Below are positions 52,925-61,567 of a DNA stretch of 64,000 bases, one piece after another. The first letter of the stretch is position 1. Every line of letters begins with the position of its first letter. Both the position numbers and the translations under genes were made by a program. Source of the DNA: Anaeromyxobacteraceae bacterium (GTDB lineage: Bacteria > Myxococcota > Myxococcia > Myxococcales > Anaeromyxobacteraceae); the NCBI GenBank assembly GCA_032654565.1, contig JAULAX010000018.1, positions 288,001 through 352,000 on the forward strand, written 5' to 3'. The notes below the pieces were generated by a model that saw only the letters and a list, made by a program, of their open reading frames with translations, had not been told where the DNA came from and did no database searches.

Positions 52925-54104
52925 CCGCCGGCGGCTCCTGCCGCTGCTCCTCGCCGTCGCCGCCTGTGGCGGCCGGGTCCGGCGCCCCCGCCGTCGATCC
53001 CGGCCTGCTGCTCCCCAACGTCCTCCCCGTCAGCGTCAACGGCGCCGGCTGCTCCGCCGGCTCCTACCTCAACAAGCCCTGCGTCAGCGCCACCGTCTGC
53101 GTCCCCGGCACCACCACCTGCCAGGTGATCAACGACCTGCTCCTCGACACCGGCAGCACCGGCCTGCGGGTCTTCTCGCAGGTGCTGACGCTGGCGCTGC
53201 CGCAGGTCTCGCGCGGCGGCGTCCCGGTGGCGGAGTGCGTCGGCTACCTCGACGGCTCCTCGCAGTGGGGTCCGGTGGTCCAGGCCGACGTGGTGCTCGG
53301 CGGTGAGCCGGCGGTGCGGGTCTCCATGCACCGGCTCGACGCCACCTTCGGCGTGCGCCCCTCCGCCTGCAGCGCCGCCACGACCGGCCCGGCCGCGGCC
53401 GGCTTCAACGGCATCCTCGGGCTGGGGAACTGGGTGGAGGACTGCGGCGCCGCCTGCGCCACCGCCCCCAACAACGGCCTCTACTTCACCTGCGCCAGCG
53501 GCGGCGGTTGCACTCCCACCGCCCTCGCCACCGCCTCCCAGGTGCAGAACCCGGTGTCGGCGCTGCCCGCCGACAACAACGGCGTGGTGGTCAGGCTCCC
53601 GGCGGTGCCGGGATCGGGGGGCGGCGCGGTGGAGGGGCACGTGATCCTCGGCATCGGCACCCGGAGCAACAACCTCCCCCCCCCGACGGTCCGGGCCTAC
53701 CCGCTCGACGGGTTCGGCGAGTTCAAGACCACGCTGGGCGGCGTCACCGTGGGGGCCTTCGTCGACACCGGCTCGAACGGCCTCTTCTTCGCCCCCCCGG
53801 CCGGCGCCGGCCTGATCAACTGCCCGTCGCCCGACGGCGCCTGGTTCTGCCCCGCCGCACCGGTGTCGCTCACCGCCACCAACGCCGGCGCAGGAGGTAC
53901 CCCCGCCGCCCCGGTCTCCTTCCAGATCGCGAGCATCCACAGCCTCAGCGCCAGCGTCGCCGTCTCTCCGCCCAGGTGGGCGGCTCGCAGCCGGCCGGCA
54001 GCGCCTTCGACTGGGGGCTGCCCTTCCACCTCGGCCGCGACGTCTACATCGGGCTGGAGGCGCACACCTCCAGCCTGGGCGCGGGGCCGCTGGTGGCTTA
54101 CTAG
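52911..54104 (+). pseudogene. DUF3443-like lipoprotein with two frameshifts
   Basis: Lipoprotein start (LLLAVAAC) in the 52911 frame; body (LLDTGSTGLR, VQNPV, DNNGV, VDTGSNG) in the 52921 frame; C-terminus (FDWGLPF..GRDVY) back in the first frame. Confidence 0.75.
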
Positions 54105-54871
54105 GAAGCGGGCCCCTCGGTGGGCAGCTCCACGCCCAGCAGGTCGAGGATCCCGGCGATGATGCTGAGCGGGTGGGGCGGGCAGCCGGGCACGTAGAGC
54201 ACCGGCACCTCCCGCCCCAGGAACTGGCGGGCCAGCACCGTCGAGCCGGCGTAGGGGCCGCCGGAGATGGCGCAGGCGCCGACCGCGACCACGAACCTCG
54301 GCGCCGGCATCCCCGCCCAGGCCAGCTCCAGCGCCTCGCGCATGTTGGCGGTGAGCGGCCCGGTGAGCACCAGCCCGTCGGCGTGGCGCGGCGAGGCCAC
54401 GAACTCGATGCCGAAGCGCCCCAGGTCGAAGTTGACGTTGCCGAGCGCGTTGAGCTCCAGCTCGCAGCCGTTGCAGCCGCCGCTGGAGACCGAGCGGAGC
54501 TTGAGCGAGCGGCCGAAGAGGTCGGCCAGCGCCTTCGACACCGCCACCGCCGGCAGGGCGGCGCGCCCCTCCTGCACCACCAGCCCCTCCGGCGAGTCGC
54601 CGGCCATCCGGTGCTCGGGGGTGAACTCGATGCGCCCCGGCGGGCAGGCCTGGGCGCAGCCGTCGCAGAAGACGCAGCGCCCCAGGTCGAGCCGCAGCGG
54701 CGCCAGGGCGATGGCCGTGGTCGGGCAGGCGTCGAGGCAGGCGCGGCACCCCTCCGGGCAGGGCTCGCCCTTCAGCACCGGGAGGCCGCGGAAGCCCCGG
54801 GCGGTGGCGGCGCGCAGGTCGGGGAGGTACTGGCGCCCCTGCGAGCGCCGGACCTTGAGGGCCTTCAGCAT
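54101..54871 (-). CDS. Ehr/Hyf small subunit: ferredoxin domain fused to NuoB/HyfI-like domain
   Basis: CRACLDACP, CVFCDGCAQACP, GGCNGCELE, SPRHAD, AVGACA, PGCPP. Confidence 0.9.
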   Translation of the reverse strand: MLKALKVRRSQGRQYLPDLRAATARGFRGLPVLKGEPCPEGCRACLDACPTTAIALAPLRLDLGRCVFCDGCAQACPPGRIEFTPEHRMAGDSPEGLVVQEGRAALPAVAVSKALADLFGRSLKLRSVSSGGCNGCELELNALGNVNFDLGRFGIEFVASPRHADGLVLTGPLTANMREALELAWAGMPAPRFVVAVGACAISGGPYAGSTVLARQFLGREVPVLYVPGCPPHPLSIIAGILDLLGVELPTEGPAS

Positions 54872-54886
54872 GGCGTGGTCACGGGG

Positions 54887-56353
54887 TCAGAGGTCATGGC
54901 CGCAGTAGGAGAGGTCGAAGCTCTTGTTGCAGATGGGGAAGTCGGAGATGTCGTTGCCGCGCAGCGACAGCGCCAGCCCGTGCCAGTTGCGCAGCGAGGG
55001 GTCCTGCACCTTGTAGTGGCGCAGCCGCCCGTCGGCGTCGGTCTCCAGGGCGTGCACCACCTCGCCGCGCCAGCTCTCGCGCAGGCCGATGGCCAGCGTC
55101 CGCGGCGCCAGCGGCCCCAGCGGCGCCGTGGCCGGGGCCACCCCGGGGTGGGCGTCGAGGGCGGCGCGGCACCAGCCGATCGACTGGCCGAGCTCGCGCA
55201 TGCGGACCAGGGCCCGGGCCAGGCAGTCGCCGCCGGGCTCCACCACCGGCGTCACCGGCAGGCGGGCGTGCAGCGCCCCCGGCAGGTCGGCGCGCAGGTC
55301 GATGGCCACGCCGCTGGCCCGGGCGGCGGCCCCCACCAGGCCGAGCTCCAGCGCCTGGGCGCGGGTCACCGTCCCCACCCCGTCGAGCCGGTGGCGCAGG
55401 CTCGACGAGGAGAGCATCCGGTCGTCGATGAGCCGCAGGTCGGCCTCGAGGAGCGAGAGGGCGGCGCGCAGGGTGTCGGCCTGCCCGCCGCGCAGCGTGC
55501 TGCGGAACCCGCCCGGCCTCACCCAGCCGCGGCCGAAGCGGCTGCCGCAGGCCTGCATGGTGGTGTTGATGGCGGTGGTGCGCAGCCGGCCGTAGCTGGC
55601 GGCCCCCTGCAGGAAGGCGACGTCGTTGGCCATTCCGGAGAGGCCGGCCAGGTGCATGCCGATCCGCTCCAGCTCCAGCCCCAGCCCGCGCCAGGTCTCC
55701 AGCGCCGGGGCCGGCGAGAAGGAGGCCAGCGCCTCGAGGGCGTCGGCGGAGGCCCAGGCGTGGGCCACGCTGGCGTCGCCGGCGATGGTCTCGACCAGCG
55801 GCGCCAGGGCGCGGGGATCCGGGCCCAGCAGCAGCGCCTCGACGCCCCGGTGCTGGTAACCGAGCTGGATCTCCAGGTGGTGGACCGTCTCGCCGAGGCA
55901 GGAGAAGCGGAAGTGGCCCGGCTCGATGACCCCGGCGTGGATGGGCCCCACCGCCACCTCGTGCACCTCCTTGCCCTCCAGCGAGTAGAAGGGGAAGCCG
56001 GTCATCCCGGCGGGGCCGGGGGAGGGGAAGCGCAGCGGCTTCAGCCAGGGGTGGAAGTGCGGCACCACCCCGTGCTGCTCGTGGAGCTCGCGCTCGAAGG
56101 CGTGGAGCGCCGGGTAGGCGGGGGTGAGGGCGTGGAAGCCCTGGCGCCGCTGCACCTCGGTGCGGAGCACCTCCAGCCGGCCCCCGGCCTCCAGCAGCAG
56201 GGTCAGGGTCAGGGCCGCGGGGTCGTCGGCGGGCTGGCCGTAGAAGGTGATGGCCCGGGCCCCGGCGCCGAGCCGGACCGCGGCGGCGTCGAAGAAGGCC
56301 CGGGCGTCGAGGCCGAGCGAGGCCACCGGGGCCAGGAAGGTGGCGGCGCTCAC
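54887..56353 (-). CDS. HyfG/HycE-like (NuoCD-like) large subunit lacking NiFe-binding CxxC motifs (Ehr type)
   Basis: VGPIHAGVIEPGHFRF, YQHRGVE, ETIAGD, DFPICNKSFDLSYCGHDL. Confidence 0.9.
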   Translation of the reverse strand: MSAATFLAPVASLGLDARAFFDAAAVRLGAGARAITFYGQPADDPAALTLTLLLEAGGRLEVLRTEVQRRQGFHALTPAYPALHAFERELHEQHGVVPHFHPWLKPLRFPSPGPAGMTGFPFYSLEGKEVHEVAVGPIHAGVIEPGHFRFSCLGETVHHLEIQLGYQHRGVEALLLGPDPRALAPLVETIAGDASVAHAWASADALEALASFSPAPALETWRGLGLELERIGMHLAGLSGMANDVAFLQGAASYGRLRTTAINTTMQACGSRFGRGWVRPGGFRSTLRGGQADTLRAALSLLEADLRLIDDRMLSSSSLRHRLDGVGTVTRAQALELGLVGAAARASGVAIDLRADLPGALHARLPVTPVVEPGGDCLARALVRMRELGQSIGWCRAALDAHPGVAPATAPLGPLAPRTLAIGLRESWRGEVVHALETDADGRLRHYKVQDPSLRNWHGLALSLRGNDISDFPICNKSFDLSYCGHDL

Positions 56354-57789
56354 TGGCCCCCCAGGGTGAAGGCGACCTGCCGGAAGAGGGCGTTCACCGG
56401 CGCCGGCAGGTAGATGCCCATGGCCAGCAGGGCGCAGAGGAAGACCAGCTTGGGCAGGACGGTGACCGCGGTCTGGCTGGCCCAGTTCACCTTCTTCTTC
56501 GGCTCCCCCCAGATCATGGGGAAGACCGAGCGGCCGGTGGCGATGAAGGTGACGGTGAGGATGGCGCAGAAGGAGGCGAAGACCACGAAGTGCCCGGCGC
56601 TGATCAGGCCGCTCATGATGATCAGCTCGCCGAGGAAGCTGCCGAAGGGCGGGAAGCCGAGCAGGGCGAAGGTGCCGACGGTGAAGAACAGGCCGCTGTA
56701 GGGCATGTCCTTGATCAGGCCGGAGACCTCGGTGACGTCCTCGGTCTTGTAGTGCGCCTCGATCTTGCCGGCGGTGAGGAAGAGGATGGCCTTGATGAAG
56801 GCGTTGCTGACCGCGTAGAGCACCACGCCGTAGGCGGCGCTCCCCCCGATGCCGAGGCCGACGGCGATGACGCCGCCGTGGTTGAGCGAGGCGAAGGCGA
56901 TGAGCTTGACGTAGTTGCGGGTGGCGATGATCCCGAAGGAGGAGAGCGCCATGGTGGTCAGGCCCAGGGTCAGCAGGATGGGGCCGGCCAGGGCGCGGTC
57001 GCTGTCGCCGTAGGCCTGCAGCAGCCGCAGCACCGCCACCAGGGCCACGTTGAACTGGACGGCGCCGAGCAGGGCGGTCACCGAGGGCGAGGCGGCGTGG
57101 TAGGTCTCCGGCAGCCAGGTGTGCATGGGGGCCAGGCCGAGCTTGGTCCCGTAGCCGAGCAGCAGCAGCGCCAGCCCCACCCGGCGCCAGGCCTCGGGCG
57201 GCTGCCGGGCGGCCTCGCCGAGGCCGTCGAGGAAGAAGGAGACCTCGTGGCCGCGCCCCTCCAGGCCGTGGGCCAGGCAGGCGAAGCCGAGCAGGCTCAG
57301 CCCCAGCCCCACCGAGGAGAAGAGGAAGTAGCGCCAGGAGGCGCGCAGCCGGATGGGGGTGCAGCGGAACTGGATGAGCGGCACCGCCGCCAGGGTGGTG
57401 GCCTCCACCAGCGCCCACATGGCGATGACGTGGTTGGAGAGGATGGCCAGGTTGGCGGCGGCGATGAACAGCAGCATGAAGCCGGCCAGCCGCTCGACGC
57501 CCACCTGCAGCTCCGGGGTGTCGCGGACCCGCGTCCACAGGTAGGTGGCGATGCCGAGGAAGACCAGGTTGACCACCAGCACGAAGAGGCGGGAGGTGGC
57601 GTCGGCCACGAAGTAGCCGGCGCCGAACACCACCACCTCGGCGGCGGGGCGGGCGAAGGCGAAGTGGCTGGAGACGGCCACGTTCACCCCGCCGGCCAGC
57701 AGCAGCAGGTTGAGGATGCGCGGCCGGTAGGCGTGGCCGGCGCCCGGCGCCCGGAGCCCGGGGAACATGTCGGCGAGCAGCGTCCTCAT
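56350..57789 (-). CDS. HyfF-like antiporter-type membrane subunit
   Basis: WALVEATT, GYGTKLGLAPMHTWLP, KAILFL, GFPPFGSFLGE. Confidence 0.88.
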   Translation of the reverse strand: MRTLLADMFPGLRAPGAGHAYRPRILNLLLLAGGVNVAVSSHFAFARPAAEVVVFGAGYFVADATSRLFVLVVNLVFLGIATYLWTRVRDTPELQVGVERLAGFMLLFIAAANLAILSNHVIAMWALVEATTLAAVPLIQFRCTPIRLRASWRYFLFSSVGLGLSLLGFACLAHGLEGRGHEVSFFLDGLGEAARQPPEAWRRVGLALLLLGYGTKLGLAPMHTWLPETYHAASPSVTALLGAVQFNVALVAVLRLLQAYGDSDRALAGPILLTLGLTTMALSSFGIIATRNYVKLIAFASLNHGGVIAVGLGIGGSAAYGVVLYAVSNAFIKAILFLTAGKIEAHYKTEDVTEVSGLIKDMPYSGLFFTVGTFALLGFPPFGSFLGELIIMSGLISAGHFVVFASFCAILTVTFIATGRSVFPMIWGEPKKKVNWASQTAVTVLPKLVFLCALLAMGIYLPAPVNALFRQVAFTLGGQ

Positions 57790-58415
57790 CGCCGCCGCTC
57801 CGCCGCCGGCTGCTCGGCGGGGCCGGCGGGGCCGGCGGCGCCCAGCTGCCGCAGGAAGCTCCCCAGCGTCAGGACCGAGAGGAAGAGGACGGCGGTGACC
57901 CCGAGCTGGACCGGCAGCCCCTGCTCGTGGCCCGCGGCCAGCTCGAAGAAGGCGATGGCGTACTCGACCCGGAGCACGCCGACCACCTGGCCGAAGGTGC
58001 TGGCCTGGGTGGCCAGCACCAGCAGGCCGAGCAGCAGGCCGGTGGTGGCCACGGCGACGTGGGTGGCCACCACCCCGCCGGCGGGGTGCAGCAGCGCCGC
58101 GAAGCGGAAGCCGACCAGCACCAGCGCCCCGGCCATGGTCCAGGAGAGCAGGTTGGCGGGGATGACGTCGCGCCGGGCCGGCCCCCCCAGCCCGCGCATG
58201 ACGGCGAAGAGGTGGCGCGGCACGAACCAGGTGCGCAGCACCAGCAGGTCGAGCAGCAGCAGCACGCCGCCGGCGGAGACGGTCCAGCCGCGCTGCGCCA
58301 CCATGGCGGTCATCAGCAGCCCCTGCAGCCCCAGCCCCACCAGGCTGAGCCGCCAGGAGCCGGTCAGCAGCGGCACCACCAGCACCACCAGCAGGGCCAC
58401 CATCAGGTAGGTCAC
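57786..58415 (-). CDS. HyfE-like membrane subunit
   Basis: LQG, multi-TM, position between hyfC-like and hyfF-like genes with 4-nt overlaps. Confidence 0.75.
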   Translation of the reverse strand: MTYLMVALLVVLVVPLLTGSWRLSLVGLGLQGLLMTAMVAQRGWTVSAGGVLLLLDLLVLRTWFVPRHLFAVMRGLGGPARRDVIPANLLSWTMAGALVLVGFRFAALLHPAGGVVATHVAVATTGLLLGLLVLATQASTFGQVVGVLRVEYAIAFFELAAGHEQGLPVQLGVTAVLFLSVLTLGSFLRQLGAAGPAGPAEQPAAERRR

Positions 58416-59341
58416 CGGCCACCGCCCTGCCACCAGGCCGTCACCAGCAGGGCCAGCGCCGCCGAGACCCCGCCCGCCAGCAGGTACTGGGGGATGACCT
58501 TGAGCTTGAGCCGGGCCACCAGCGACTCGACGAAGCCGACCGCCACCGCCACCCCCACCGTCAGCGCCAGGTGCACCGCCACCGAGCGGAGCAGGCCGTC
58601 GGCGGGGCGGAGCGGGTTGAGCATGGCGGCGACCAGCGCGGCGCCCAGGGTCAGCTTCATGGCCGCGGCGTACTGCACCGCGGCCAGGTCGGGGCCGGCG
58701 TGGTCCAGGATCATCACCTCGTGGATCATGGTGAGCTCGAGGTGGGTGGCCGGGTCGTCCACCGGGACCCGCGCCGTCTCCACCTGGAGGAAGATGAAGA
58801 GGGTGAGCAGCGTCCCCAGGCTGATGGCGGCCTGGGCCGGGCTGGCGAAGCCGACGTCGAGGATGGCGGAGAAGGAGGTCCGGCCGGTGGCCGCCGCCAG
58901 CGTCCCCAGGGCCAGGAAGAGGGCCGGCTCGAGCAGGGCGGCGTAGGTGGCCTCGCGGCTGGCCCCCATGCCCTCGAAGGCGCTCCCGGTGTCGAGCGCC
59001 GAGATCATCAGGAAGATCCGCCCCAGCCCCCACAGGTAGGCGAAGACCACGAAGTCGTACGGGAAGGCCAGCGGGGCGAAGCCGCCGAGGACTGGCGCCA
59101 CCAGGCCGGAGACCAGCGTGGTGGCCAGCACCACCAGCGGCCCGGCGGCGAAGAGCGGGGTGGTGACGGCGCTGTAGACCGGCCGCTTGCGCAGCAGGCG
59201 GCGCAGGTCGGCGAAGCCCTGCAGCAGGCGGGGCCCCTGGCGCCCGGCCCAGCGCGCCTTGGTGCGGTTGATGACCCCGACCATGGGGACGGGGAGGAGG
59301 AGCAGGGCGGCCACGTGGGCCAGCGTGAGCAGCGGCGTCAC
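58412..59341 (-). CDS. HyfC/NuoH-like membrane subunit
   Basis: GRQGP, ALDTGSAFEGMGASRE, RVPVDDPATHLELTMIHE. Confidence 0.92.
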   Translation of the reverse strand: MTPLLTLAHVAALLLLPVPMVGVINRTKARWAGRQGPRLLQGFADLRRLLRKRPVYSAVTTPLFAAGPLVVLATTLVSGLVAPVLGGFAPLAFPYDFVVFAYLWGLGRIFLMISALDTGSAFEGMGASREATYAALLEPALFLALGTLAAATGRTSFSAILDVGFASPAQAAISLGTLLTLFIFLQVETARVPVDDPATHLELTMIHEVMILDHAGPDLAAVQYAAAMKLTLGAALVAAMLNPLRPADGLLRSVAVHLALTVGVAVAVGFVESLVARLKLKVIPQYLLAGGVSAALALLVTAWWQGGGR

Positions 59342-61338
59342 GGGCCGGCTCCGGCGCCGGTGACCACCAGCCCCACCACCACCAGCAGCACCACCAGCCC
59401 GGCCGCCAGCGAGAAGCGGGGCTCGACGGGGATGCGGCGGGCCAGCCGGACCACCATGCCGTCGCCGTCGCCCATGACCTCGAACATCCGCTGCTCCACG
59501 GCGTCGACGCAGTGGGTCTGCAGGTGGTCGCCGCGCTCCGGGAACGGCCCCTGGGGGAGCCGCTCGCGGCGCAGGTGGCGCAGCACGGTGTCGAAGAGGC
59601 CGGTGAACTGCGCCGAGAAGGAGGTGCCGGTGTACTGCATGCGCGGCGTGGCGCCCACGTAGCCGCAGCCCCAGGTGACGTGTCGCGGCGCCGGCGCCCC
59701 GCGCAGCAGCCAGCGGCGCAGCAGGGCCAGGGCGGCCAGCACCAGCAGCAGCAGCAGCCCGACGCGGGTGATGGGGGTGAGCAGCAGGGCCAGGTCCAGG
59801 GCCGCCGGCCGCAGGGCGCCCCCGCCCAGCCCGAGGAAGAGCCGCACCGGCCGCTCGACGATGGCCAGGCCGAGCCCGGGCAGCAGCCCCAGGGCCAGCA
59901 CCCCGACGGCGTGCACCGCCATGGGCAGGTGCATCCAGGCCGGGCCGTCGCCCTCGCAGTGGACCGCGGCGTCGCGCGGCGTCCCCAGGAAGGCCAGGCC
60001 GAAGGCGCGGACCATGGCCAGCGCCGAGACCCCGCCCACGAAGGCCAGCAGCGCCGCGGCCACGGTGAAGGTGCCGCGCTCCAGTCCGGCCGGCGCCGCC
60101 TGGTTGAGGAGCCCGGCGTAGATGAGGAACTCGCTGACGAAGCCGTTGAAGGGCGGCAGGCCGGAGATGGCCAGCCCGCCCAGCAGGAAGAACCCGGCGG
60201 TCCAGGGCATGCGCCGGGCCAGCCCGCCCAGCCGCTCCAGGTCGACGGTGTGGGTGGCGCGGGCCACGGCCCCGGCCGCGTAGAAGAGCAGGCACTTGAA
60301 GAAGGCGTGGTTGAGCAGGTGCAGGATGCCGCCGGTGAAGCCCAGCACCACCAGCGCCGGCTGGTGCCAGGCCAGGCCCAGGGTGCCGACGCCGAAGCCG
60401 ATCCCGGCGATGCCGACGTTCTCGGTGGAGGAGTAGCCGAGCAGCCGCTTCAGGTCGCGCTGGGTGGTGGTGTAGAGCACGCCCATCAGCGCCGAGAGGG
60501 CGGAGAAGGCGATCACGTACCAGCCCATCCAGGCGTCGGGGGTGCCGAGGAGCAGGGTGAAGCGCAGCAGGCCGAAGAGCCCGGCCTTGTGGATGACCCC
60601 GGACATCAGCGCCGAGACGTGGGCCGGGGCGGCGGCGTGGGCGCGCGGCAGCCAGGTGTGGAAGGGGAAGAAGGCCGACTTGAGCCCGAAGGAGGTGACC
60701 AGCAGCACGAAGGTGACGTTGCGCAGCGTGCCCGGCGTGCGCAGGAAGGGGCCGAAGGCCTGGAAGTCCATGGAGCCGGTCTGGCTGTGCATCACCATGA
60801 AGGCGGCCAGCAGGAAGAAGAGGCCGATGTGCGTGGAGACCAGGTAGTTGAAGCCGGCGAAGCGGATGCGCTGGTTGCGGTAGTCCCAGACCACCAGCAG
60901 CCAGGCGGCCACCGCGGCGATCTCCCACCCCAGCAGGAAGGCGAAGGCGCTCTCCAGCGTGTAGATCATCACGAAGGAGAGGGCGGTGACGTTGAGCAGG
61001 GCGAACTGGACGCCGGCGTTGCGGGTGGCGAAGTACGGGCGCAGGTAGCCGACCGCGTAGACCGTCCCCAGCAGCGTCATGGGCAGCGACCAGGCCAGGA
61101 AGAAGGCGCTGAGCGGGTCGAGGTGCACGGCGATGACGTCGATGGGGTAGGACCAGGCCGCCGTGGAGCGCAGGTCGCCGCCGTCGAGCAGCACCGGGAG
61201 CACCGCGGCCAGCACCAGGCCGCAGGCCACCGCCTGCGAGGCGATGGCGGCCACCCCGCGCTGCAGGTTGTCGCGCAGCACCAGGGCCAGCAAGGCGCCG
61301 AGCAGCAGGACCATGGCCCCGGCCAGGAGGAGGTTCAT
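59338..61338 (-). CDS. HyfB-like (NuoL/MrpA-type) membrane subunit, copy 1
   Basis: GWE, PFHTWLPRAHAAAPAHVSALMSG, KRLLGYSSTEN, GLPPFNGFVSE, TWGCGY, RMQYT. Confidence 0.92.
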   Translation of the reverse strand: MNLLLAGAMVLLLGALLALVLRDNLQRGVAAIASQAVACGLVLAAVLPVLLDGGDLRSTAAWSYPIDVIAVHLDPLSAFFLAWSLPMTLLGTVYAVGYLRPYFATRNAGVQFALLNVTALSFVMIYTLESAFAFLLGWEIAAVAAWLLVVWDYRNQRIRFAGFNYLVSTHIGLFFLLAAFMVMHSQTGSMDFQAFGPFLRTPGTLRNVTFVLLVTSFGLKSAFFPFHTWLPRAHAAAPAHVSALMSGVIHKAGLFGLLRFTLLLGTPDAWMGWYVIAFSALSALMGVLYTTTQRDLKRLLGYSSTENVGIAGIGFGVGTLGLAWHQPALVVLGFTGGILHLLNHAFFKCLLFYAAGAVARATHTVDLERLGGLARRMPWTAGFFLLGGLAISGLPPFNGFVSEFLIYAGLLNQAAPAGLERGTFTVAAALLAFVGGVSALAMVRAFGLAFLGTPRDAAVHCEGDGPAWMHLPMAVHAVGVLALGLLPGLGLAIVERPVRLFLGLGGGALRPAALDLALLLTPITRVGLLLLLVLAALALLRRWLLRGAPAPRHVTWGCGYVGATPRMQYTGTSFSAQFTGLFDTVLRHLRRERLPQGPFPERGDHLQTHCVDAVEQRMFEVMGDGDGMVVRLARRIPVEPRFSLAAGLVVLLVVVGLVVTGAGAGP

Positions 61339-61567
61339 CGCTCCGGCCCTTCCAGGGGCGCCACCGCCAGGCCCTGCCTTTCCCGCCGCATCTCTTCGTT
61401 CACCTCGAGGAGGCGCAGTCTAGTGCCGATGGGGCCCGGCGGCCAGCGCGCGCCGGCGCCCGACACGCTCCGTCGCACGGTTCACCTTGTCGCCCACCGC
61501 CTCGCGGCGGTACCGTCACGCACCGGAGGTCGAAGGCGGTTCGCCTGCCGTCCTCGCGGCGCGACCC

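Noticed and set aside
51700..54104. Integrative element at the tRNA cluster
   Set aside because: No integrase or transposase, and no duplicated tRNA 3' end seen
54887..56353. Call as a true [NiFe] hydrogenase large subunit
   Set aside because: Both CxxC metal-binding motifs are absent
61335..61470. Short minus-strand frame (…RLLEVNEEMRRERQGLAVAPLEGPER) whose stop overlaps the hyfB ATG
   Set aside because: No RBS or recognisable motif; cannot be distinguished from chance
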